Shown: positions 1 through 12,855 of the stretch, one piece after another | How the letters are laid out: each line of letters starts with the position of its first letter | Numbering within the stretch: the first letter of the stretch is position 1 | NCBI GenBank assembly: GCA_964036045.1 | Contig: OZ038378.1 | Span: 43,710,001-43,774,000 of the forward strand | Source of the DNA: Eutreptiella sp. 'Long Island Sound 2002' | Lineage: Eukaryota; Protista; Euglenida | Reading direction: 5' to 3' | DNA: 64,000 bases | Notes under the pieces: generated by a model | What the model was told of the DNA's origin: nothing | The model's input: the letters and a program-made list of their open reading frames with translations, nothing else | Database searches by the model: none | Translations under genes and position numbers: made by a program

Positions 1-300
1 AGGGGGCCAAAATGGCTTGCAATGGGCTCAAAAAGGGCTCATTTTACTTGTTTGTGCAACCCAAATGGTCTAGGATCATGTTTGGAAAAACACATTTTTG
101 ACCCATTTTTGACCCATTTATTGTCCCAAAACAGCCCATTTTCAAGGCATTTTGGGATTCTAGGAGGGCCAAAACGGGCCACCACGAGCTCAAAATGCGC
201 CAAAAACACTTGTTTTGGCATTCCATGTGGTCCAAGATCACTGTTGAAAAAAGTCATTTTTTTTGCACCCGGTGGACCTCGTTGACCCATTTTGGCACCC
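1..300. repeat. Degenerate internally duplicated repeat (~160 bp period), cut by the window edge
   Basis: Two similar blocks (aaatggcttgcaatgggctcaaaa...tggtctaggatcatgtttggaaaaa and aaacgggccaccacgagctcaaaa...tggtccaagatcactgttgaaaaaa) plus repeated gacccatttt. The short ORFs on both strands are probably spurious. Confidence 0.55.
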
Positions 301-2995
301 ACCTCTTTGGGTTACCTCTTGCAGCTTGCCGCAGCCCACTGGGCCTAAGTACGGGGGTCTAGGCGTCGGTTAGGGCAATTCTGAGGGGTGGAAACCACGG
401 CAAGTGGGTGGTTGCGAGTGGATTAGGTGCGCTTGAAATCGCGTGAATTTGCTCCGTGTTGGCACCTTATGAATGTCCCCGAGAGAAATTCAATCCTAGT
501 TTTGGTTTGGGGCCCTCGGCGGCCAATGTGCACACATTCTGGGGCTTTTGGGGGCCTTTTGGGGGCGGTTCGCGGACACATTGTGGAGTTCGAGGGCCCT
601 AGAGGGCCCTTCATCACGGGGAAGACACGCTGCATGTGTAGAGTAGCCACTATTTCCCTTCATTTGGCCGTTTTCATCAGGTTCTAGGGCGGTTTTGGTA
701 AAAAAAAAAAGGCTAATTTTGGCCCTAAATTGCAGATGTTGAAATGGAGGTCCGGCACCTGCGACGCCCGTTCCCGGCCGCCACGCTTGATTTTCTAGCT
801 CATACTTCGTGTGGTTGTCCCTCACACCTATAGGTACCATCCACCAAAATTTTGGCTGCATTTGAAGCACCACGACGGAGCTGTGATTTTCCCCCATTTC
901 GCGCGTGCTTGCTTGCTGCTTGCTTGCTTGCCGCTTGCTTCCTTCCTTGCTGCTAAACCCGTTAGGTCCACCCTAGACACTAAAGAGGGTTAAAACCAAG
1001 CCTGCTTCCACCAGCTCGGTGATGGTATGCTTAGAGGGAGGGCAAGGGGAGATAAGGGGAGCCTGTCATTGACCAACGCTTGGCCTTGGGGGCATGTGCC
1101 CCCCAAATTGCCCCACCTAGACCCCCCCCCAAACAACCAACCGTCCTGGACACCCCCCCCCACCCCTGCAAAAGCCCCGACCCCCATCGCCCCTCCCAGT
1201 CCCTCCCTTCCCCCCCAGGAGGGGTGGCGAGCGGTGTCACCCTCGGGGTCCCGCCTCGTCAGAGGTGACCAGGGCGCAGCAGGCTCACTTGGAGCTCCGC
1301 TCCCTTGAGTGCTCCTGGGGTAGGGAAGTGCTCAGCACGCCCCAGGACCTTCCTTCTACTGGGACGCTCCCAGCCGGTCTGGCACTCTGTGCAACGCTAC
1401 CTGTGACCCTCTGGGTCAGCCAAGGAGCACCTCAGACCACACGCCCCGTGCACCCCTCTGGGGTTCAGTCGTGGGCTGGAGGAAGCTGCCGGTCACCCGA
1501 CCCACAGACTCCCTCAGCAGCCACGTGGTAGGGCACCCATGCCCCGCTGCTGGGGCCCGGAGCACCGGGCACACACAACCCCCCACACGCGCCAACCATG
1601 GCCCACTAGAGAACGACAAAGGTGTGCCCCTGCCTTGAATCCCCCCCCCCCCAAGGACCCCAGCGCGCGCGGACACACAGGCACGGCGACATCTCCCTCC
1701 CACCAGCGCCTTGGTGGGGTACGGGGGTCGTCAGCAGTCTGGACGGCTGTGAGACCAGACAACCAGAGGGGGGTACCCAGTCGAGCCGGTGAGGTACGGG
1801 CACACTGGCCGTGGGTCACCACCTTTGGCGCAAGCCAAGACCCAACCCAACCCAACCCCCCAGGGGGCCTTCCGCCAATGGTTAGTTCGGGGGGGGGGGG
1901 GGGGTAGTTGGCGTCCAGAACCGAGGAGTCGACCCCCCGTGGACTGCCGGCGGTTGTCAGGTGAACTGCTGGCGAAGGGGGTTGAATGGGCCATATGGCC
2001 TTGGCCATCTTCAGGTTTTCATCTGCGGGTGAGAAGTCGGCAGGTCTGTTCTCTAGCATCCTGCCACTGAAAGTGATAACCACATGTGTCCCGCAGACAC
2101 TGATTGTTTCAATCTCACGAGAATCCTGCTTTATCCTCTTCTGCAGAGTTTTCTTTGTGGTTTGGTTTGTTGGCTACAACACGTGGTCTGATTTCATTTT
2201 CCAATGCATTGCTTGATGCTCTGTGAAATACTTTGTAAATACTTTTGATCCTCTATGGAGATTGGCCTCGCTCTGCTTTCAGTTCTAGTCCTCTGTCGGC
2301 TGACACTTTGCACGCGAGATATTCGATCTGCCTTGCCCCCAGTTTCGGCTCTTAGCACAATTTTGGAGGCTTGCCCTGGAGCAGTCTGGATTGCTCACAG
2401 GCATACACCGTCGGTGTGTGCGTCCATTTCGGTGCCATGGGAGATGAGCTCCTGGACAAGGGGTCGCTGCCGCATCAGGGATAGGATCTTGTCCATGAGG
2501 TCTTGAAATAGGGCAGGGTTGTTTGGATTGACCAGGAAAAATCTGGCAATAGGCATTCACCCTATTGGTAACAGGTAAGGGGGACACCTCACTGGATCCC
2601 AGGTTCAGTCAACCCAAGGATCCCCCCCCCCCCCTGCTCTTCTGGGCCCTCTGGGCCCAAGATAGTGCGGCCAAGTAGAGGGCTTGAGCCAGCATTCACT
2701 GTCGGTACCAAAGGTGTCAGAATAAATGGCTTGAGAAATGTGCATCACTGATATGTCACATGTCAGCCTGAGGCAAACCACAACATGATGCAGTTCAGGT
2801 GGTCTGTGCACCTGCCTGGAGGCCTGGAGTAGTTCTTGGTATGGGCAAGTTTCAATGTACATTTTTTTTGAAAATAGATTGGCTCGTGGCTTTTAAACCC
2901 TCTGGGAGTTCTAGCAACCAAGACAATCTCAACAGATAAGCACTGGCAAGCACGGTGTAATGCTTCACAACAATCCCTGACATTGGTGTCCCAAA

Positions 2996-3043
2996 GTTGA
3001 ACTACACGTTTCGGTGTAAACTTACGCCCTCATCAGGTCTAAA
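2996..3043 (-). ncRNA. Minimal type I hammerhead ribozyme motif (Penelope/retrozyme style), slightly degenerate
   Basis: Minus strand reads agac-CUGAUGA-GGgcguaaguuuacaCC-GAAA-CGUGUA-guu. Both catalytic boxes are intact, helix II is closed by G-C pairs, helix III is 2 bp with a 2 nt loop, and there is a GUA cleavage triplet. Helix I is weak. Confidence 0.6.
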
Positions 3044-4099
3044 GCTACTGAAATGCAACAAATCAAGTTGGAAATGAACTAGAGCAGCAGAATTGATCAA
3101 AACGACAAACAAAAGCAAATGCCACCGCAACTTTGCACCCCTGTGTCTGCAGAGTGCGTGCTGAGCACGGCGTCTAAACAATGCTCTTGTGCTGGGCAAT
3201 GGCTTCAAAATAGTAAAGATCTTGACATCAAGCAGGCACTTCAAATTTGCTCCACAACACAGGCAAAGAAGAGTGGTGGCATACCCTCAACACATGAATG
3301 GGCGCTTTGGGCATAGCGTGTGAGTGTAACTCCTTTTTTTTGTTCCCCTTGCCTCAATGATGGTTGTGACACTGACATTGCATGGCACCCTACTGTTCTA
3401 TGTTCTTTTTGCTCCAAAACTGTCAAGTGGCGTGTGCAGTAATCCACAAATGAGAGCAGCACATGTTTGGTGGATTACACAGCCGTTTGGTGGCTCTCAA
3501 CCCCCACCCCAAACCTAGCCCTCCCCTCTCCCACTCCCCTCGGCTGGTGGCTGACCCCTTCCCCCCTCCCGGACCCCCCCAACCGCCGGAAGGGTTGGGT
3601 CAGACCTACTGAGGCAGGGATCTTGTAGAGCCACCTATTTCGCCAAATTGCCCTGATGAAGTCCGCAAGTTTGCATGACAATGATCAGTGCTCTGAAACC
3701 AAGAGTATGATTGCAGCTGCTGCAATCAATGCTTTCAATCCCGACCTCATGGACAAGTCCAGACATTTCCTGCTAAGCCAAGCTTGGCTTCCACAGTGAA
3801 TTGCAAATCATACCTATTGCACATGCCAAAATGCGGTATTGCACACGCCAAAATACGACGGCTCCCAAACCCAATCTTGACCCCAGCACCGATTGCATTG
3901 GCAGAGACCCCCATGGAGCCAAGAGTTGATTGCCGTTGCAGGGGTGTCGTCATTTGGTATGAGCTGCTTTTTGACTTCTTTCAGCCCCTTGTCGCTTTTA
4001 AGACCGCAAAGCAATCCGCCTGTGGCAGCGATGTCTGCAGAGGTTGAGATCTTGCAATGGCACATCTGCAGACTCCAACATTTACCCCGCAATGGCCAC

Positions 4100-6598
4100 C
4101 ATGCAGGGAGGGGTGAATTTTTGGGCTGGGATAATTCTATGGGGAAACTTCCTCTTTAAGGAAGGGGGCGAAAATTTCCCCCACTGAAATTGAGAGGCCA
4201 GTTCCCAAGTTGAGGAATTGTCCTTTGGAAGAACCCCCCTCCCTGGTTTCCGAATTGGGGATTTGGGGGTCTTTGAGGACAAAGATTCCCAACTTGGGAA
4301 CTGGGGAGGGGGTTCTCCCGACAACTGTCCTGGTCATTCTGACGTTTCTGGGTCCAATTTCCGGTATTATTCAGAGCAGAAATCCCCCGTTCGGCAATTT
4401 CGGAGGGGTTTTTTTCTTGGGGGCTGACAAGCGGGGAGGGGGGGTTTTCGCCGTTGACAAAAATCCCCCATTCAGGAACTGGACAGGGGGCTGAAGGGGG
4501 TCAGCTAGCAGTCATCATTTTCCCCAGATGGGGAAGCTGTGCATAATAGGGTTGGTTCTTGAATAGGGGAGTTTTGTCGTCTTGTGAAAACTCCCCTCCC
4601 CGGTTCCTTAACAGATATTTCTGTCCTCTCGGGATATCCCCCCCCCCCGGGTTCCCCCATGGGATAGAGGTTGTAAGTTCAAATTCCACTTGGTTGATAA
4701 GTCCCATGTGTATGTTCCCTCCCTCTCTTCCTGGTTTTTCTTGACTATGCATTTCACTGGTGATTTGTACTGGCCACTAGCCAAAGTAGAGACCAGCAAC
4801 CTCAGCACCCTGGGGCAATGTGCTGTTTTAAGCATGCGCTTGTCATATGGCTTTTTTTTTGTTTTATTATTCATTTCACCGGTGAGTCATACCGGCCGCC
4901 AGCCAAGGTGGGGGCCACGAACCTCAGCACCATTAGGCAAGGTGCTGTTGTAACCTGCCCGGATGGAGGTTGTGGTGGTGGTGATGTGTGTGTTGTACTA
5001 TCGGCAAAAAGGTTCAAGGGGTCCAAGGGGTTGGGGTAAAATTGTCCTCTCGATGCCTACTTGACTGCTTGCCGCCTGGTCCACCGTGCCTGCTTCCTGT
5101 CTGGCTGCCTATTTGCCTCGAGCACCTAATGCCTGCATTCCCAAATGTATGCTGACCCCTTGCATGGTGTGCCACAGCGGAAAAGGGGGATTTGTGCTTT
5201 GGAGAGTAGGTTTATCCTCGGGGCCAAAACTCGGAGGCGCAGGGGACACCTCCCTAGTACCCCTATAATACTACCTCCCTCATGCAAGCCACACAAAGGG
5301 TGAGGGGTGCTCCATTGTTGCTGATTCTGTAGGACCTTAGCCCCCCGACCCCGTCTATTTCTCTTATCTAGTTGCCTACCTGCCTGCTTGCTTGGCTGCC
5401 TGCAGTTTTTTGGAACCCATTGCCTCCTCCCCCTCATCAACGTGTCAATCCCTGCCTGCCCTTATCACTGCCTATGAGGGGCCCCAAGCAGCCGAGCCTC
5501 TAAAACTTGCGTTGGCAAAGTTTACCTCCACTTGTTGTCACCTAGTTTTGGTTGTTTGATCGTTGCACAATAGCAAGAGGGGGTCAACCAAATTCCAATG
5601 CGAGTGTCACAAGCTTGGCTACATGGGTGCCGTGAGACTCGCACATGGATAAAGGTGGTGAGGGATTGACAAATTCATAAGAGAGAGGGAGGGGTTCCGT
5701 AGTATTTTTTGTTGCATTGCCTGTTGCATTGTGGTGCAGTGTTTGATAACCTTGGGAATTAATTTTTGCCTTTTCAACCGGTGGCGTTTTAAGGCCCGTT
5801 GCATAACCTAGTTTACAACCCCAGGTCATGTAACAATCGTTAAAACGGACTGATCCCGGAGATGTTGAAGACAAAAGTCCTTGGTTCAGGAACCGGGGAG
5901 GGAGTTGTCTCAAGAGGACACAAATGTCCTGTTTGGGAACTGCGGAGGTGGGTTCTCCCATGACACAACTCCCCAATTCGGAAACGTGCCCTAGTATACA
6001 CTGATTCCCGATTGGGGAAAAGTGACGATTGTTGTGAATCACCGCGTGCCTCCCCCTCCCTTAGGTCCGAAGTACGGGATTTCTGTCTTTAGAGGACAAT
6101 TTTCCCTCATTCGGGAACCGGCCCGAAAGTGGTCCGTGCGGCAGAACCCCCCCCCCTCCAGCTCCCAAATGGGGGATTTCTATCCCCAACCGTGAACATC
6201 CCTCCCTGTTTCCTGAGTTCGGGGTTTCTGTCCTTCGAGGATAGAAATCCCCAACATAGGGAGGGGGGTTCTCCACGAGGACAATTTTCCCCTGATTGGG
6301 AACTGGCCTCGAAATTGAGGGTGCTGTCGACAATGTAGCACAGACTTTCTTCTACTATGTCTTCCAAAATTTGTTCTTTTGTGTATCCTGTGTATGTTGC
6401 TGAGTAGATTCTTTCACATGTTGTGAACCAATGCTACTTTCAGTTGGAATTTGATTTCCAAATACTTGTGACTCTTTTGAACACAACATGGGGTTGCACG
6501 TTAGGGTGTGTGTTTGGAGTTGGGATTTCCAAGGGTGGCGAGATTTTCCCCTCCGAAAATTTTCTTGGCCGAATCCGTGCATGAAATAACCCTGCATG
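4100..6598. mobile_element. Foldback-like non-autonomous element with long modular inverted arms
   Basis: Bounded by CATGCAGGG / CCCTGCATG. The 4190-4330 block (gaggccagttcccaa...gaattgtcct...gaacccccctccct) matches the reverse complement of 6200-6320. Both arms consist of repeated ttccca/gggaa modules. Confidence 0.5.
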
Positions 6599-7233
6599 TA
6601 CACATTGCGTGCCCATCAATCCATTTAATCGCCGTCTTCTTGGATATCAGCTCTTAGATCCTCACTAGCAACTCTTTAGGGACTACCATCTACCCCTGTA
6701 GGCATCAAGTTTGCCGTGAAGTGAGAGTTTACGTGTATCTTCCATGCTGCCAAATCTACACACCAGAGCTTCAAGTAGCTCTTTGACTTGCATGGGGAGT
6801 GAGTTGCGCCCCTGAGCTCTCTCACAATTCCATCACCTACAGAGTTATCACCTTTTGTAGGCCGCCTAATGCCCAACGGCCCATATTGGGGTGGCGCACC
6901 AATAGCGCCGTGGTGCCATCACAGCTCATTTGGTTGCTTGGCACCAGACCCCCCCCCCCTCGATGTGTATGGCACGTCCTTGTCCAGGCTACCCCCGCCC
7001 CCCCTGGCACAAGCACTGCCTTGTCTAAGCACATGAGCCTGTGTTACCGTCGTTTTGATGGAATTTTCTGACCACGTTTTTTTTATGGTCAGAAATGTAA
7101 CATCATGCAATTGTGCTTCGCTTGTAGAGGGAAAGGGGGGCTTGATCATGCTTGTGGTAGTTGCTCCTCCTCATACCCACATTCTGCTTGCAATTGCAAC
7201 CCAATAATGTCCTTGTTGATGTGATTTGCAGCC

Positions 7234-7497
7234 ATGGCTCATGTTGCTACACCTGGCACGGCTGTTACGTACATCCGGTCCACCGGTGGATATGTCTCCC
7301 CAACAATCATTGGTCCTTCTACTCGTGGGTATGATTTCTTTCATGTGAAGTACACGCGGAATGGGCATGAGCTTGAGCATCATGCTCCTATGGACCGTGT
7401 CCTTTTCCCAATCCACAACCCTTCCGTAGAACCCTCAGAGCCCTCTCCAAAACGAGGGCGGTCAACAACGCGCAGCGAATCACCCCCCGTACGATGA
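7234..7497 (+). CDS. Short ORF, possible small beta-barrel (Tudor/SH3-like) domain; product unknown
   Basis: PGTAVTYIRSTGGYVSPTIIGPSTRGYDFFHVKYTRNGHELEHHAPMDRVLF shows alternating beta-strand and Gly-turn patterning unlike the surrounding spurious ORFs. No family was firmly recognised. Confidence 0.3.
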   Translation: MAHVATPGTAVTYIRSTGGYVSPTIIGPSTRGYDFFHVKYTRNGHELEHHAPMDRVLFPIHNPSVEPSEPSPKRGRSTTRSESPPVR

Positions 7498-9251
7498 TTG
7501 TTCAAGATGAGGCGCAAAGTGGGAAAGGGCTTTTATTCCACAGCTCCTGATGGTCTTGATGGGCAGTGGGGACCTCCAGATGTCGCTGAAATTTTGCCTG
7601 CACATTGTGTTGTAGTGCCCTGTTGCGACAATTGTGCTCAGGGTGAGGTATGGGCAGGTCTCCGGTGACATACCTTCATTTGGTACCGCGCGTCGCGCGC
7701 AAGCACGGGCTTGTCTAAGCACGGGAGCCTGTGTTACCATTGTTTTGATGACTTTCAGGGTGCTTGCGCAAGGGGGGGGGGGGTACAACGGGTGTCGGGA
7801 CCGAATTAACTTGGTACCTAATTTCATTTGGTACCAAATGTAGTGTGGCCACATAAGACTTCGGTTTGATGACAAATGTGCTCTTTACACAGAGTCATGA
7901 ACACATTTGTTGTGAGTGTTTTCCCACCTCAAAGCCCATAGCTCTGATCTTCGGGATAATTTCGCACTGTAATGGCCCTTGTTGCACAAAGTGACCATGC
8001 AATGTTCCCCTTTTGAACTTGGGTTTCCGCTTATTTTCACACATTCCACCCGCGATTGTGCTGAAGCCACAATAAGGGGACAACCGGAGCAAGGGGAACT
8101 ATTGGCGGTGTTGGGGTACATGAAGGGTGGGTCGGTGGTTGCATACCCGTGTGGCACCCCTTCAAAAATTCAAGTTTTTCATGTGGTCCCGTGTCCTTCC
8201 CCCGCGGCAAGCACACCACCGCCACCTGCCCTTGTTGTTGGCTTGTCATCCTTAATTGCTTGTGAGAACATAGGTGGAAATGGGAAATATCATGTTAAAA
8301 ACACTTTCTTGTGGTTGCATGCCTTTGGGAACTTTGGTGGAAGTTGAGGTTTGTCGTCTGAAAGCAACTTGAAACAACAAAAGGCAATGTCACACGAGCC
8401 ATCATTGGAAGGAGTGTGTGATCACCGGGCCTACTAAGGCCTCCTCCTTGCCCAACCATTCATCCAACCCAAGTAGAAAGTCCTTGTGCTCTTCATCGCA
8501 ATATGGCAATATATTGTGTGTGACTTTCGTTAACATCGTGGCAATAGTGCATTAATTCATTTCGCTCGTGGATGCATGCCATTTGTGAACTACTCTCATA
8601 CTGCCGATTGTCAATTGAACAAAGACCAAGCATTTGGCACAAAGATTTAAGGGGACTAAAAAAAAGCCATCTTTGGGAAACACACAATGAATCCCACATA
8701 GGCAGGCAAACCAACACATGAAGATAGTAAGACCGATTTGATCTTCAAGTGTGTCTTTTGTTTGTAGTTGGAAGTATTTGGCGCTACCGTTGGCTATGGC
8801 CCCGCCGGGTTCCCTTTTTTTCAAACTACGCCCGGTTTTGTTGCTCGTGCTGCCACATTAATGTTGGCCATGGGCTACTCGTGGGGTGTGTTTCAGGAAG
8901 TCCTAATTGGAAGGTCTTGCCACATCCCCATACCCACCAATTGAAGTAGGTGTTTCCGATGGACACGAGACTTATTATTTTTACCTTTGGGATCATTTTC
9001 AAGTGATTGAAGGTCATGGGTCCTCTCGGGGGGGGGATTCAAATTGCGTCACAAACCTTCTTCCCGGGGATCACCCAGAGGATCTTTGGCTGTGAAATGG
9101 GGGGGGGGTTCACGGAAAAATGGACCTAGCAAGTGACTTCCCTGTGCAACTTTCAGGTCTACAACCCACTTAACGGTTCTACTTACTTGGATTTTGTGCG
9201 TTTCTTTTTGCATCCTTCATCTTCACCCCCAATCCCCTTCTTTGTGACAAC

Positions 9252-9653
9252 ATCGTACGCAGTGTCGACGAGCTCGAGACCTTGCACATCTCCTCCGCTG
9301 CAAGCCGCGTCGACTTCTGGGCCAACACCACGATGGGCGTGTTGTCCGTCTCCCGGTCTGCCCTAGGCGGGTACGACCCAGGGGCGTTGAGCATTTTTTT
9401 GCTTTGTGTCGGGCGGCACAACAGCCACCTCTCTGCCGTGATTGTCACGCTGGGCCGTCTCCACATAGCCACCGTGTGTGAGGGCTTGGAGAACAACATG
9501 CCCAGCATGAAGGCCAAGACGAACAAGAGCAAAGGGGGGCAGCGCGGAGACCACAGACACTCAGGTCTTCGTCGCTCCCAAGGACATAGGCATTGTGTTT
9601 GCGGACACAAAACACCGGTCGTTGGAGGGGCAAGGGTAGGCCTATGGGCTTAA
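9252..9653 (+). CDS. Possible exon or gene remnant, unknown product
   Basis: Open frame (IVRSVDELETLHISSAASRVDFWANTTMG...) with a high G/C share at third codon positions, preceded by a pyrimidine-rich tract. Confidence 0.25.
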   Translation: MVRSVDELETLHISSAASRVDFWANTTMGVLSVSRSALGGYDPGALSIFLLCVGRHNSHLSAVIVTLGRLHIATVCEGLENNMPSMKAKTNKSKGGQRGDHRHSGLRRSQGHRHCVCGHKTPVVGGARVGLWA

Positions 9654-11028
9654 AATAGCGCTTTGTCGAGCATCGAGGATGTTTAACGTGTATTGCCCTT
9701 GCTCCCACTGCCCACTGCAATGGGCTTTGAGGCCGGCTCTTTGGCAACACCACCCTTGTGGTGTATACCGCTCCCACCCCTAATCGCATACCACGGGCAC
9801 TTCTCTACCGTTTCCCGTGGGTTGGGCACTATGAGGCCGTCGTTCTTGGTCTGAAAGTTGCACCGGCGGAGGAGAAGACGGTGCCCCAAGCTTTGTAGCC
9901 AACCTATCCTTTCGTGCCGCAGGGTGTTGTGTCGCAGGAGCGTTTGGACCGCTTGAAGACGGACTACGAGGCACCGCCGTTCTCTTTGTGAACCGTCCTT
10001 TTGAATCGAGGTTGTATTTGAACAATTTTGCACTCATTCTTTATATTGTGCCCTACTATTGTGCCCGTGTGCCGTGCTCTGTTCTCCTAAAATTCAGCAA
10101 AAATAAGGACTTCAAAAATGCACTTTGGCACCGTGTTGAATCACGCACACCAATTTCTAAAATTTTGCATTCACACTCACACACACCCATGCATTGACAG
10201 TCCATTCACATGACTTAGATGAAAGCGAATTTCATACGATTTTCGCATGAAGTTGGCACGAATGTAGCACGAGATTTTGGCATTCATGTCGCATGTGTTT
10301 CCCGTAACCCACACATTGTTTCCCTTGTACAAGAGACCTTTCTTCCCGAGATGTCCCAATATTTTTGTCAGCTAGGGTCCTAGCCACATCCCCTTCCGAC
10401 ACCCACTCCAACTACCACTCGCGCCCCATACTCACGCATGAGTTGAAGGAGGCAACATACGACTGCAATGGCCTCCATTTCGGGTCAACCGTGGAATGGG
10501 CGTGCAACCAGCGACCACCCCTTGCAGTAGTGGGCATCGATATGGGATCTCCGGATCGCACTCAATGGTACTGCCGCAAGGGGTGGAGTACAAGGCTCTA
10601 GGTAGGGCTGTAGGGGGCGATTACAGGGATTTGAGCAATGGTGCTTATCCCAAGGGATAAGACGGCATATTGTCTTAAGACTCCGGGGCCCTCATGTTGA
10701 GCACAAGTTCATACCTGGCGGTGGTGGGGAGTAGGGAGGCGGCATATGCCTCAACGACGGCCTTGCATGCCTCACCCGTGGTTTGGGTAGAAGTCGTGAG
10801 CCAACACCCAGACCCCCTTGTCGCACGTGCTTGTGTTACCATACCGCAGATAAACATTTACACATACGATCCCCGAGCCCACGTCTCCCTTGAAGTGTTG
10901 TGTATAAATGAGGGAGTTTGGGAGGAAGAAAGGGGGGGGGGGCTGACCGAACCGGGAAGGGAAGGAGTAGAAGCGCTAACCAATGTAGAACCCATGCACC
11001 AATGTATTCAACAAGTGGGGGGGTCACA

Positions 11029-11180
11029 GAACCACTTCTTCTTCGAGGGTTAAGTCTTTTACATTACCATGTAACTAGAGAAGGAATTACACAACCGCTT
11101 TGCCTGGGAGGGTTCGATCGCATATGCATGCATGCACGGAGGATGGGGGAATAACACAACCACTTCACCTTGGAGGGTTG
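11029..11180. repeat. Three copies of the AACCAC-N9-12-AGGGTT motif; diverged relative of the array in the 2 kb units
   Basis: gaaccacttcttcttcgagggttaa, caaccgctttgcctgggagggttcg and caaccacttcaccttggagggttga. The spacer catatgcatgcatgcacggaggatggggg matches the unit spacer. Confidence 0.75.
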
Positions 11181-11369
11181 AATTGCAGCGGTGCAGTGTC
11201 ACTTCACTTCCGCGTCCAGTCTAGTGAAGAGTGCACTTGCAGCAGGACAATCTCAAATGACGTGTTTGGGTTGTTCGTTTGCAACTAGAACCCAAGAAGC
11301 AAGGAGGCCGCAGACACTTGTCCCCTTGTCGTCTCTGCCACCCCATTGAATCCCTGTGTACTCGCAAGG

Positions 11370-11595
11370 AACAAATAGACATCGTCTCTTGCTGCTGTTG
11401 TTGTTGTTGATGCTGCTGCCTGTGTTGTTGCTTTCGCCGAGCACGGGCAGAAAGCTGCCCCTTCAGAGCGTTCAGATGGCCTTGGAGCATGTCCCTTTTG
11501 CGTAGTGCTACCTTACGCGCCGAGACATCCAATGCTGACTCGGTTGGCGACACCTCAAAAACCTTCACGGGCTCTTCGACACGAGGACGAAACGC
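11370..11595 (-). CDS. Possible exon encoding a coiled-coil/poly-Gln segment
   Basis: Open frame AFRPRVEEPVKVFEV...LQGHLNALKGQLSARARRKQQHRQQHQQQQQQQE starts directly after a ttccatAG acceptor. The donor was not identified. Confidence 0.3.
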
Positions 11596-12855
11596 CTATG
11601 GAACTAACTTGCGGAGCAAATTGGCAACACAGAGAGGTCATGAAAACAGACAAAAAGGGCAAACAAAAACACTTTCACTAGATCCGCCGTGTGCACCTAA
11701 TTTTGGACCTTGGGATGCCCAAAGGAAGGTATGCCATATCACGGACATATGGGCACAAGTTGTTCAACTGTGAACCCCGAACCTGAAACCATGTTTGGTG
11801 ACTTTGGCTAATGACCAAAACAGCATCCAAAATGATTGCTCGATGGTGCCCCAAACATGCGCGTATCAATTACAATCGTGTTGCACGGGTAAAAATTGCA
11901 AATTCATTGTGTTTTAGATGATTTGGCAAATTTCGTTTTATCGACGGCAACACATTCAACCGTGAGTTCAACCACGCGCCTTTTCCATCTTCCTCGATTC
12001 AAATGTCCGTAGGTGCAAAAAGCTCATTTCTTGGGCGGACGCAAAAGGGAAGAAAAGCCGTGCAAGCAATATCCCGTGGACGCATTGCTTTCCATCGTAT
12101 CCAACCATGGATAAAGCTTGGTGAAGCTAAAGTAGGACACAGGCACTAAAAACCACCAAAAAGCATGGAAGGGGTGGTCTTTGTTGGGATGTGGATGATT
12201 GGCCGTAATACATAGGTGACCAACCCCCTCCCGGCATGGTTGCTCATGCACAGCCACGCATTGTGCAGCTAATGATCATTGCGTGGTGCAAAATGCTTAA
12301 TGACATTGAGGGGCAACACACCACCTCGCTTATGAACCTCCCCCCGGACGGTGAATGGCTGTATCTATCTAGTGGCCGCTCTTGAGGGGGTACCCTTGGT
12401 ACACGCTAGAAGACCCAATCTTGTTCTAGCCTAGAACTTGTAGACTACATGTTCTAGCCTAGAATAGATCAATCCTACACCCATACAATGTCCACCAAGA
12501 AGTGCCATTTTCTTCATTCTTGCACTGTGCATGCTTGCTATTGCCCAGGGTGCATTGTGCCATGGTCCCTTCTGTCACGATTAGATAGGACATATTTCTT
12601 TGCAATGGAACGCCCCGCCACTTCCCCTCTTGCTCCCTCCTCAACAAGGAAGGATACTTCCTTCTTGTCCAAGGTAGTACGGGACTTGAATGGGGCTTCT
12701 AACCTCAAGGATGAGCAGGTGGGCCATTACTTGGCCACGTGGGCGCTATCATGCCCCCTAGCACGGCGGCAATTCAACAACGCCGTCCAATATGTGAACA
12801 CCGCCAGCACGTGCGAGATGGGTAGTAGGTAACGGTATTGGTGCATTTCATGTCA

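Noticed and set aside
3241-3462. GIY-YIG endonuclease remnant upstream of the hammerhead
   Set aside because: No convincing GIY/YIG or conserved Arg/Glu motifs could be aligned.
3653-3690. CTGATGAAGTC...GAC as a second hammerhead
   Set aside because: The GAAA box is missing (gacaatg); at best a dead relic.
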